Assembly (NCBI RefSeq): GCF_005696695.1 | Contig: NZ_CP040006.1 | Location: 1,860,001-1,892,000 of the forward strand | DNA from: Schaalia odontolytica | GTDB taxonomy: Bacteria > Actinomycetota > Actinomycetes > Actinomycetales > Actinomycetaceae | DNA length: 32,000 nt | Direction: 5' to 3' | Shown here: positions 8,466 through 15,315 of the stretch, one piece after another | How positions within the stretch are numbered: the stretch's first letter is position 1 | Layout of the letters: every line of letters starts with the position of its first letter | Notes under the pieces: generated by a model | What the model was told of the DNA's origin: nothing | What the model saw: only the letters and a program-made list of their open reading frames with translations | Databases searched by the model: none | Position numbers and translations under genes: made by a program

Positions 8466-9221
8466 ATGAACAGCGACGTTTCCACCCTGGCGGACTGGAT
8501 TGCTGCTTCCCCATCGACCGTGTTTTTCGGCGGCGCAGGCGTCTCGACCGAGTCCGGGATCCCCGATTTTCGCGGGGCGAACGGCTTCTACTTTCAGGAG
8601 CGCGAGATCCCCCTCGAGACGGTGCTGAGCATTGACTTCTTTGAGCGACACCCGCAGGCCTACTGGGAGTGGTTCCACGAGATCTACCGTCCGGTGGAGC
8701 CCAACGGCGCGCACAGGACCCTGGCCGCGTTGGAGGGCGCCGGGCTCCTCGATGCTGTCATCACGCAGAACATTGACGGCCTGCACCAGCGGGCCGGGTC
8801 GCGCTCCGTATGGGAGCTGCACGGCAACTGGGAGCGGCTCGTATGCACGAGCTGCGGGACAGTCGCGTCACTAGGCGATGCCGTCACGGTTGACGGGGAT
8901 CCCGTGCCCGCGTGCCCCTCGTGCGCCTCGCAGATGCGCCCCGACATCGTCATGTACGGCGAATGCCTCGACGAGGGCGTCATCGAGGCCGCCGTGTCCG
9001 CCATCGCGCGGGCATCCACGCTGATCGTGGCGGGCACGTCCCTCGTGGTCTACCCGGCGGCGGGCCTCATCAACTACTTCTCCGGGGACCACCTGGTGCT
9101 CATGAACGCCACCCCGACCTCGGCGGATGCGCATGCCGACCTGATCATCCGTGAGCCGGTGGGCGCGACCCTCGACCGCGTCATGGACCAGCTGCGCGCA
9201 CGGGGTGTTCTGCCTGCGTAG
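8466..9221 (+). CDS. cobB: NAD-dependent protein deacylase (Sir2/CobB family)
   Basis: FFGGAGVSTESGIPDFRG, VITQNIDGLH, ELHGN, and Zn-ribbon cysteines CTSCG...CPSC. ATG at 8466 follows GAGGAGG. The track's upstream extension (8385-8465) covers the ackA terminator hairpin. Confidence 0.85.
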   Translation: MNSDVSTLADWIAASPSTVFFGGAGVSTESGIPDFRGANGFYFQEREIPLETVLSIDFFERHPQAYWEWFHEIYRPVEPNGAHRTLAALEGAGLLDAVITQNIDGLHQRAGSRSVWELHGNWERLVCTSCGTVASLGDAVTVDGDPVPACPSCASQMRPDIVMYGECLDEGVIEAAVSAIARASTLIVAGTSLVVYPAAGLINYFSGDHLVLMNATPTSADAHADLIIREPVGATLDRVMDQLRARGVLPA

Positions 9222-9245
9222 GCGTTGGCGCACGACCCCGCAGGA

Positions 9246-10151
9246 TCAGCCCTCCCCCAGGCCCGCGGGGTCCACGAGGGACAGGGCCCGCGGGGCGCGC
9301 GAAATCCGCACGCTTTGGCCCCAGGTGAGGGTCAGCCGGTCGGACTCCATGCCATCGCCGAACAGCACGAGGGATTCGGAGGCGACGACGAGGCTGAGGT
9401 CTTCGTCCTCGTCCAGGATCCCCTCGGTGTACTCGACGCCGGTGAAGGGCGAGGGCCACGCCTCGCGCACGAACCACGCGAGCGAGCGCGAGGTCGGAGC
9501 GGGCAGGTCCCCCATGTGGCGGCCGCGCTTGAGGGAGGCGCCCCACCCGGTCGCCCCGGTCCCGGTGGAGACGACGACGCCCGAGGAGGACTGTCGCTCC
9601 ACACGGGGTCCGAGGGCCAGCTCGTAGCGTGCGCTCTGATGGCTCGGGTGCCCAACAAATACCTCGTTGAGGGCGGTGAGCGTGCGAGAGTCGTCGGCGG
9701 TCGCCCGCACCATGGTCAGCTGGTCCACCCGCAGGTCGCCGCCCGCGTCGATACGACCGAGGGCCGCGACCCCCTGGTCGGGAGTGCATCGGACGAGTAC
9801 GCCGGCGTTCGACTGAGGGACCGAGTTGACGCCGACCACGGCCTGGTCGCCCGCATACTTGGCGACGTTGGCGACCAGACCGTCGGGTCCCACGACGACG
9901 ATGACGTCCTCGGGGGCGAAAAGGAAGCGCGACAGGGAATCACGCTCCACGTCGGCGCTCGCCCACCCGTCCGGTATTCCTGCCCGCACGCGAGCCAGGG
10001 CGGCCACGTGAGACTCGTGCGCGCGCTCGACGGACTCGAGGGTGCGCCCGCGGCTGCGCAGGACGAATTCGACCTGGCCGCGCGTGGAGTAGCGGTCCAT
10101 GAGCTCGTCGAACTCGGTGGGGCGTCGGACGATGACGGCGCGGCGGCGCAT
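9246..10151 (-). CDS. NAD kinase-fold protein (ATP-NAD kinase family) with divergent signature motifs
   Basis: 301 aa. NADK-like landmarks: VVVGPDGLV (canonical GGDG becomes GPDG), ALNEVFVG (NE motif retained), SSGVVVSTGTGATGWGASL (canonical TGSTAY-type Gly-rich loop becomes TGATGW). The start is 2 nt after the SPFH gene stop, so the two are likely co-transcribed. Confidence 0.7.
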   Translation of the reverse strand: MRRRAVIVRRPTEFDELMDRYSTRGQVEFVLRSRGRTLESVERAHESHVAALARVRAGIPDGWASADVERDSLSRFLFAPEDVIVVVGPDGLVANVAKYAGDQAVVGVNSVPQSNAGVLVRCTPDQGVAALGRIDAGGDLRVDQLTMVRATADDSRTLTALNEVFVGHPSHQSARYELALGPRVERQSSSGVVVSTGTGATGWGASLKRGRHMGDLPAPTSRSLAWFVREAWPSPFTGVEYTEGILDEDEDLSLVVASESLVLFGDGMESDRLTLTWGQSVRISRAPRALSLVDPAGLGEG

Positions 10152-10153
10152 GA

Positions 10154-11164
10154 CTACTGTCCCGCCTTCGACGAGCCGGTGAAGGCAGCGACAAGATCGC
10201 TGAGCACGTCGGCAGTGATGGTGATGTTCCCGAAGGACGGCATGTTCTTCGCCATTTCCTTCAGCGCGAGGGCACGCGCCACCTCGGGCCCGGCCTGCGC
10301 GAGCGCCTGGATGTAGGCAGCGTCGTTGGCGATGCGGGCGCGGCCCGCGGTGTTCCAGTCGACTTCGTACGCCTTGGCTTTTTCGGTGATACGGCGCGCT
10401 TCCGCTTCGACCTCAATAGCGTCCGCCGCGGCCTTCTCTTCGGCTTCGCGCCTGGCGTTATGGCCTTCCTGGTCGACGAGGTCGGCACGCTTGCGGGCCA
10501 GGTCGAGCTTGGATTGCATCTCGTTTGCGGAGATCTGGGACTCGCGCTCGACGGCGAGCGCCCGGCGTTCGTAGAGGGCGCGGTCGGCCTCGGCCTGGAG
10601 TTGCTCGAGGAGCGGGGCGCGCAGGGAGGATTCGACCCCTTCGTCCGGGCGCAGGCTCAGCAGGCGCGCGTCGACGACGGCAACGCCGGTGGCGCGCAGC
10701 TGATGATCGTCCGCGAAGGCTTGGGTGAGCACGTGACCAACCTTCTCCAGGGAGCCACTAATAGCGTCGGAGAGGGTCATCTCGCCGATTGCCGAGGCCA
10801 GGGCGGAGAAGGCGATGCGGGTGACGGTTTCGTCGATCTGCCACAGTCCCTGGGCGTCTGCTCCCACTTCGCGCGGGTAGAGCCCGAAGTCGTAGTGTGC
10901 GGCGGCGGCTTCTGCGTCCTCGATGTGGTAGGTGATGGCAACCTGCGCGTTGATGTTCTGCTGATCCGCGGTGGTCGCCTGCACGAGGAAGCTGTGGGCC
11001 CGGTTAGCGGTGGGCACCTCGGCGAGCGCGCAGCGGCCGGCTCGCAGCCAGAAGGACTGGCCGACGCCGGATCGGATCGTGCGTCCGGCGCGGATCTGGA
11101 CGACGTGATCGCCGGCGCCGCCCTGGTAGCGGATGAGGAAAGGGTGGTGGCGAAGGGTTCCCAT
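10154..11164 (-). CDS. SPFH (band 7/flotillin-like) domain protein with a long C-terminal coiled coil; no N-terminal TM visible
   Basis: 336 aa. Band-7-like core (FLVQATTADQQNINAQVAITYHI...IGEMTLSDAI...ATGVAVVDARLLSLRP) followed by a heptad-rich E/A/R segment (LQAEADRALYERRALAVERESQISANEMQSKLDLARKRADL...EAEEKAAADAIEVEAEARR). AAGGAG lies 6 nt upstream of ATG 11164. Confidence 0.75.
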   Translation of the reverse strand: MGTLRHHPFLIRYQGGAGDHVVQIRAGRTIRSGVGQSFWLRAGRCALAEVPTANRAHSFLVQATTADQQNINAQVAITYHIEDAEAAAAHYDFGLYPREVGADAQGLWQIDETVTRIAFSALASAIGEMTLSDAISGSLEKVGHVLTQAFADDHQLRATGVAVVDARLLSLRPDEGVESSLRAPLLEQLQAEADRALYERRALAVERESQISANEMQSKLDLARKRADLVDQEGHNARREAEEKAAADAIEVEAEARRITEKAKAYEVDWNTAGRARIANDAAYIQALAQAGPEVARALALKEMAKNMPSFGNITITADVLSDLVAAFTGSSKAGQ

Positions 11165-11197
11165 GATGACTCCTTGGTTGGGTGGCGAACCACTTGT

Positions 11198-11217
11198 TTA
11201 TGTCAGGATGACGATAA
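11198..11217. promoter_or_regulatory. Candidate NrtR operator 1 (imperfect palindrome, GT-N7-AC core)
   Basis: TTATGTCAGGATGACGATAA has the inverted core TGTCA-N3-TGAC, that is GT-CAGGATG-AC. It lies 34 nt upstream of the SPFH ATG, in the divergent region shared with nrtR. Confidence 0.45.
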
Positions 11218-11230
11218 CCCCTCATCGCAT

Positions 11231-11251
11231 TTAATGTCAACTCGACACAAA
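11231..11251. promoter_or_regulatory. Candidate NrtR operator 2 (21-bp imperfect palindrome, GT-N7-AC core) overlapping the nrtR core promoter
   Basis: TTAATGTCAACTCGACACAAA: 7 of 10 arm positions are symmetric around the central C, with core GT-CAACTCG-AC. It abuts a TAnnnT -10-like box, TAGGCT (11252-11257). That box ends 11 nt before the nrtR ATG, and there is no SD, so the transcript is probably leaderless or has a very short leader. Confidence 0.5.
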
Positions 11252-11268
11252 TAGGCTAGGCTTGCACC

Positions 11269-12024
11269 ATGACCTCACCCCTGACCATTCCCGTCGCGGT
11301 CGACATCGTCGCCCTGACGGTCATCGACCACACGCTCCACGCCCTCGTCGTGCGGCGCGGAATCGAGCCTTTCAAGGACCACCTGGCACTTCCCGGCGGC
11401 TTTCTACGCGAGGGCGAACAGACCGAAGAGGCCGCAGCGCGCGAACTCGAGGAGGAAACCGGCGTCACTCCGCCGGGACACCTCGAACAGCTCTTCTCCT
11501 ACGGGCCGGAGGGCCGCGATCCGCGCGGCCCCATCCTCTCCGTCGCCTACCTCCTCCTCGCCCCCTCGTTTTCGCCCACCCAGGCAGGAGGCGACGCCAC
11601 GGGAGCCCTGTGGCACCCCGTCGACGCCCTCCTTGCGCCCACCTCGCCCCTCGCCTTCGACCACGCGAGAATCCTCGCGGACGGCGTGGAGCGCGCCCGC
11701 TCCAAGATCGAATATTCACCCCTGGCCACATCCTTCTGCGGCCCCGAGTTCACGATCACGCAGCTGCGCAACACGTACGAAGCCATCTGGGGATCGGCGC
11801 TCGACCCGCGCAATTTTCATCGAAAAGCAACAAAAACCGCGTCATTCATCGAACCAACGGGCGGCACGGTGCGCGAGGGTGCCGGGCGCCCGGCCGCCCT
11901 CTACCGACTCGTCCCGGGCGTCGATGCTACGGCCTTCGTCCTCGACCCGCCCCTGCGCCGCCCACCCGCCCCAGCCCCGGCCTCGTCGATGAAGAGCGCG
12001 AGCGCGCCGAGTGCGCAAGAATAG
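11269..12024 (+). CDS. nrtR: NrtR-type regulator: N-terminal Nudix domain plus C-terminal winged-helix DNA-binding domain
   Basis: Complete Nudix box GGFLREGEQTEEAAARELEEETGV (G-x5-E-x7-REUxEExGU). The C-terminal segment FTITQLRNTYEAIWGSALDPRNFHRKA...GRPAALYRL matches the NrtR wHTH pattern as I remember it. nadE follows directly. Confidence 0.8.
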   Translation: MTSPLTIPVAVDIVALTVIDHTLHALVVRRGIEPFKDHLALPGGFLREGEQTEEAAARELEEETGVTPPGHLEQLFSYGPEGRDPRGPILSVAYLLLAPSFSPTQAGGDATGALWHPVDALLAPTSPLAFDHARILADGVERARSKIEYSPLATSFCGPEFTITQLRNTYEAIWGSALDPRNFHRKATKTASFIEPTGGTVREGAGRPAALYRLVPGVDATAFVLDPPLRRPPAPAPASSMKSASAPSAQE

Positions 12025-12044
12025 CCCAGTACCGAAGGAGAACC

Positions 12045-14126
12045 ATGAACTTCCATTCCCTCTACGATCAGGGCTTTGCGCGCGTTGCCGCCGTGACCCT
12101 GCCCGTACACCCCGCCCGCCCGTTCGAGAACGCGCGCGAGATCATCGACGCCGCCCGCGAGCTTGATGCGCGCGGCGTCGCGATGGGCGTATTCCCCGAA
12201 CTGTGCGTCTCCGGCTACGCCATCGACGACCTGTTCCTGCAGGACGTGCTGCTCGATAACGTCGAGAAGGCCCTCGCACAGATCGTCGAGGCCAGCGCCG
12301 ACCTGCTCCCCCTCCTCATCGTGGGCGCGCCCCTGCGCAAGGACAACGCCCTGTACAACTGCGCCGTCGCCATCCACCGCGGCCGCGTGCTGGCGATCGT
12401 CCCCAAGTCCCACCTGCCCAACTACCGCGAGTTCTACGAGAAGCGCCACTTCGTCACTATGCCCCCGCGCGCCTGCGAGCGCATCGAGGTGCCGTGGGGC
12501 GGCGTCGAGGAATTCAGCGGCGGCCCCGTGTGGGTTCCCTTCGGCCAGGCCCTCCTGTCCGCTGACGACGTGCCCGGCCTGACGGTCGGCATCGAAGTCT
12601 GCGAGGACATGTGGGTCCCCGTCACCCCATCGACGGAGCTGGCGCTCGCGGGTGCGACCGTCCTGGCCAACCTGTCGGCCTCCCCCATCACCGTGGGACG
12701 CGGCGCCGACCGCGAGCTCATGGTGCGCTCAATCTCCTCGCGCTGCTGCGCGGCCTACGTGTACACGGCCGCCGGCATCGGCGAGTCCAGCACGGACCTC
12801 GCCTGGGACGGCGAAACCATGATTTACGAGGCCGGGGATCGCCTCGCGATCGGCGAACGCTTCCAGGAGGGCACCCACATCACGATCGCCGACGTGGACC
12901 TGGAGCGCCTGCGCACCGAGCGCAAGCGCCAGAACTCGTTCACGGACAACGCACAGCGCTACTTCGCGGGCGACGAGCGCATGGCCCCACAGGAGGTCGA
13001 GTTCACGCTCGACCCGCCGCGCACCGACCTGGGCCTGGAGCGAGCAGTCAACCGCTTCCCCTTCGTCCCCAACGATCCCACGCGCCTGGAGCAGGACTGC
13101 TACGAGGCCTACAACATTCAGGTGGCCGGCCTGGTCCAGCGCCTGCGCGCGATCGGCAACCCGAAGATCGTCATCGGCGTCTCCGGCGGCCTGGATTCCA
13201 CGCACGCGCTGGTCGTGGCCGCGCACGCAATGGACTTGCTGGGCCGTCCGCGCACGGACATCCTGTGCTACACGCTGCCCGGTTTCGCCACCTCCGAGCG
13301 CACGAAGAAGAACGCGACCCTGCTGTGCCAGTACCTGGGCACGTCCTTCGAGGAGATCGATATCCGTCCGGCTGCCACGCAGATGCTGGAGGACATCGGG
13401 CACCCCTACGGCGAGGGCGAGGCCACCTACGACGTGACGTTCGAGAACGTCCAGGCGGGCCTGCGCACCGACTACCTGTTCCGCCTGGCCAACCACCTGG
13501 GCGGCATCGTGCTGGGTACGGGAGACCTGTCCGAGCTGGCGCTGGGCTGGTGCACGTACGGCGTGGGCGACCAGATGAGCCACTACGCGGTCAACACGGG
13601 CGTGCCGAAGACCCTCATGCAGCACCTGATCCGCTGGGTCGTGGCCTCCAAGCAGTTCGACGACCGCGTTGGCGAGGTACTCCTGTCGATCCTCCACACG
13701 GAGATCTCCCCCGAGCTGGTTCCCGCCAAGCCGGGCGAGAAGATGCAGTCCACGCAGGACAAGATCGGCCCCTACAACCTGCAGGACTTCACGCTGTACC
13801 ACGTGCTGCGTCGCGGCGCGCGCCCCTCGAAGATCGCCTTCCTGGCGGAGAAGGCCTGGTCGGACGCCTCGGTGGGCTCCTGGCCGGTCGGCTTCCCCGA
13901 GGAGGACAAGGTCGCGTACTCGCTCGAGGAGATCGTCAAGTGGGAGCGCCTGTTCCTGTGGCGTTTCTTCAGCCAGCAGTTCAAGCGCAGCGCCCTGCCC
14001 AACGGCCCGAAGGTCATGGCCGGCGGCTCACTGTCCCCGCGCGGGGATTGGCGCATGCCCTCGGACGTGTCGGGCGCGGATTGGGTCGCCGAACTCGACG
14101 AGGCCGTGAAGGGCCTGGTCGACTAA
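12045..14126 (+). CDS. nadE: Glutamine-dependent NAD+ synthetase (nitrilase-like glutaminase domain plus synthetase domain), 693 aa
   Basis: CN-hydrolase triad context ([33 protein letters not shown]) and the N-type ATP-PPase P-loop [17 protein letters not shown] 12045 follows GAAGGAG. The track ORF start at 11262 is an out-of-frame run across nrtR. Confidence 0.9.
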   Translation: MNFHSLYDQGFARVAAVTLPVHPARPFENAREIIDAARELDARGVAMGVFPELCVSGYAIDDLFLQDVLLDNVEKALAQIVEASADLLPLLIVGAPLRKDNALYNCAVAIHRGRVLAIVPKSHLPNYREFYEKRHFVTMPPRACERIEVPWGGVEEFSGGPVWVPFGQALLSADDVPGLTVGIEVCEDMWVPVTPSTELALAGATVLANLSASPITVGRGADRELMVRSISSRCCAAYVYTAAGIGESSTDLAWDGETMIYEAGDRLAIGERFQEGTHITIADVDLERLRTERKRQNSFTDNAQRYFAGDERMAPQEVEFTLDPPRTDLGLERAVNRFPFVPNDPTRLEQDCYEAYNIQVAGLVQRLRAIGNPKIVIGVSGGLDSTHALVVAAHAMDLLGRPRTDILCYTLPGFATSERTKKNATLLCQYLGTSFEEIDIRPAATQMLEDIGHPYGEGEATYDVTFENVQAGLRTDYLFRLANHLGGIVLGTGDLSELALGWCTYGVGDQMSHYAVNTGVPKTLMQHLIRWVVASKQFDDRVGEVLLSILHTEISPELVPAKPGEKMQSTQDKIGPYNLQDFTLYHVLRRGARPSKIAFLAEKAWSDASVGSWPVGFPEEDKVAYSLEEIVKWERLFLWRFFSQQFKRSALPNGPKVMAGGSLSPRGDWRMPSDVSGADWVAELDEAVKGLVD

Positions 14127-14162
14127 CCTGACACACGCTCGGCAAGCCGAGCTGTTTCCTGA

Positions 14163-14190
14163 GGGGCGGTGCTCACGCGAGCACCGCCCC
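14163..14190 (+). terminator. nadE terminator hairpin (perfect 12-bp stem, 4-nt loop)
   Basis: GGGGCGGTGCTC-ACGC-GAGCACCGCCCC, 37 nt after the nadE stop, followed by TT. Confidence 0.65.
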
Positions 14191-14242
14191 TTGGCTTACT
14201 CACCGCGCTCGTGCTGCGCCAGGCCAGGAGAGGAGCCGTCCT

Positions 14243-14452
14243 GTGAACGCGTTGACCTCCCCCGCGCAACGCAAGGCTGCCTCCCACACCCCGGCCTCGT
14301 CCGCGCACACGAAGCGCCCCACCCGGCGCACCGGCGCGTTCACGTCCCCATCTGCCCGGCGCCGCTGGTGGATCCTCTTCGGGGCCGCGTGCGCGGTGAC
14401 GAGGCCGGGGCCGGGTAGAATGGTCGCGCGGCCCTTCGTGAAACGGCCGTGA
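14243..14452 (+). CDS. Possible small basic protein (69 codons), hypothetical
   Basis: GTG start with GGAGAGGAG 7 nt upstream. By hand count 62 of 69 third codon positions are G/C, against about 59% G/C at first positions, which is the coding-type asymmetry expected in a high-GC genome. The sequence is S/T/P/R-rich with one hydrophobic patch (WWILFGAACAV). I recognise no homology. Confidence 0.3.
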   Translation: MNALTSPAQRKAASHTPASSAHTKRPTRRTGAFTSPSARRRWWILFGAACAVTRPGPGRMVARPFVKRP

Positions 14453-14456
14453 AACG
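14437..14456 (+). repeat. Tandem direct repeat CGTGAAACG-GC-CGTGAAACG (11-bp register) just upstream of the 14478 gene
   Basis: Exact 9-mers at 14437-14445 and 14448-14456, between a TAGAAT -10-like hexamer (14416-14421) and the GTG at 14478. The second copy contains the stop codon of the putative small ORF. Confidence 0.6.
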
Positions 14457-14477
14457 CTTATCTTTCGAGGGGTTCCC

Positions 14478-14834
14478 GTGCACGTCGGACTGATCGTTGC
14501 CTTCCTGATTCTCGCCGTTGCTCTCATCGCGGGTGGGCTCTACCTGTTCGCGTCGGGCCTGACCGCGCGCGCCGGCGTGTGCCGACCTCCCCTGGGGCTG
14601 CGCCTTCAGGGCGTCGAGCCCGGCTCGCAGGCTTGGGAGCGCGCCCACCGCGCTGCCTGGCCCATCCTCTTCGGCGGCGGCGTCCTGGGCACCGCCCACG
14701 GCATCGCCCTGGCCGCCACCACCCTCATGGACGCGCGCATCTCCGTGCCCATCGTCTTCATCGTCTCAGGCCTCATCGTCGAGGTCGGCCTCTGGCTGGT
14801 CGCGAAGGGCGCCGGCAAGGCGTCGCTGAAGTAA
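14478..14834 (+). CDS. Small membrane protein, SdpI/YhfL-like (tentative)
   Basis: 118 aa with 3-4 hydrophobic helices. The loop LGLRLQGVEPGSQAWERAHRAAW resembles the G-x-R...W...R loop pattern of the SdpI family, from memory. GTG start. Confidence 0.5.
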   Translation: MHVGLIVAFLILAVALIAGGLYLFASGLTARAGVCRPPLGLRLQGVEPGSQAWERAHRAAWPILFGGGVLGTAHGIALAATTLMDARISVPIVFIVSGLIVEVGLWLVAKGAGKASLK

Positions 14835-14883
14835 ACCTCCGCGGGGCGCCGCCGCCCCGCCCGCCCCGCGCGGATACGACAAA

Positions 14884-14925
14884 CGGGCCCCGGCCTCGTG
14901 CATCACCTCACGAGGACGGGGCCCG
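14884..14925. terminator. Bidirectional terminator hairpin between convergent genes (17-bp stem with 1 mismatch, 8-nt loop)
   Basis: CGGGCCCCGGCCTCGTG (14884-14900) pairs with CACGAGGACGGGGCCCG (14909-14925). It lies between the + gene end (14834) and the cupin gene end (14944). Confidence 0.55.
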
Positions 14926-14943
14926 CCGCACAGTGTCGGGGTC

Positions 14944-15315
14944 TCAGGCCTTGGGGCGCTCGCGACGGTCGAGCATGTACAGGGCCATCTTCGAGGGCTC
15001 GAGCGCGCGCACGGCGTGCGGCAGGCGCGTGCCGAAGTGGATGACGTCGCCGGGCTTCAGGACGACGGTGCGACCGTCGGCCTCGATCTCCAGGGCACCC
15101 TCAAGGGTGTGCAGGATGACGGGCATCGCGGCGGTGTGCTCGCTGAGGATCTCGTCCTTATCGAAGCTGAAGAGGACCAGGCGCACGCCCTCTGCGTGCA
15201 TGACGGTGCGCGACACCGTGGCTTCCTCGTTGATCTGGATCATCGAGGCGATGTCCTGCAGGTCCGTCATGATGGGCGTGGGGACCTCGGTGTTCGATTC
15301 GGGCGACAGGCTCAT
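14944..15315 (-). CDS. Cupin-domain protein (123 aa)
   Basis: Cupin_2-like beta-barrel segment (VLFSFDKDEILSEHTAAMPVILHTLEGALEIEADGRTVVLKPGDVIHFGTRLPHAV). ATG 15315 follows AAGGAGAG and overlaps the upstream stop as ATGA. The track's 14-codon extension is unnecessary. Confidence 0.7.
   Translation of the reverse strand: MSLSPESNTEVPTPIMTDLQDIASMIQINEEATVSRTVMHAEGVRLVLFSFDKDEILSEHTAAMPVILHTLEGALEIEADGRTVVLKPGDVIHFGTRLPHAVRALEPSKMALYMLDRRERPKA

Noticed and set aside
8466-9221. Sir2-domain gene as an anti-phage NADase (Thoeris ThsA / DSR / SIR2-HerA type)
   Set aside because: It is short (251 aa). It has the canonical sirtuin GAGxS...PDFR and QNIDxLH motifs plus the 2xCxxC zinc ribbon of CobB deacylases. 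It has no fused SLOG, TIR or helicase domain and no defence-type partner gene.
11262-12044. N-terminal 261-codon extension that would make nadE a 954-aa protein
   Set aside because: The extension is Arg/Pro-rich and overlaps nrtR in another frame. A good SD (GAAGGAG) and ATG at 12045 give a NadE of normal length, beginning with the nitrilase domain.
12611-14131. 506-aa + strand and 357-aa minus-strand (12729-13802) ORFs inside nadE
   Set aside because: They are alternative-frame and antisense artefacts (Arg/Gly/Pro/His-rich). The nadE frame carries the catalytic triad context and the SGGxDS P-loop.
14123-14699. Minus-strand ORFs 14123-14527 (134 aa) and 14340-14699 (119 aa) in the nadE-downstream gap
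   Set aside because: They are Arg/Gly/Pro-rich. Their frames do not carry the high third-position GC signal: positions in the 14123-14527 frame are only about 59% G/C across 14243-14452. Both overlap the better-supported + strand membrane-protein gene.
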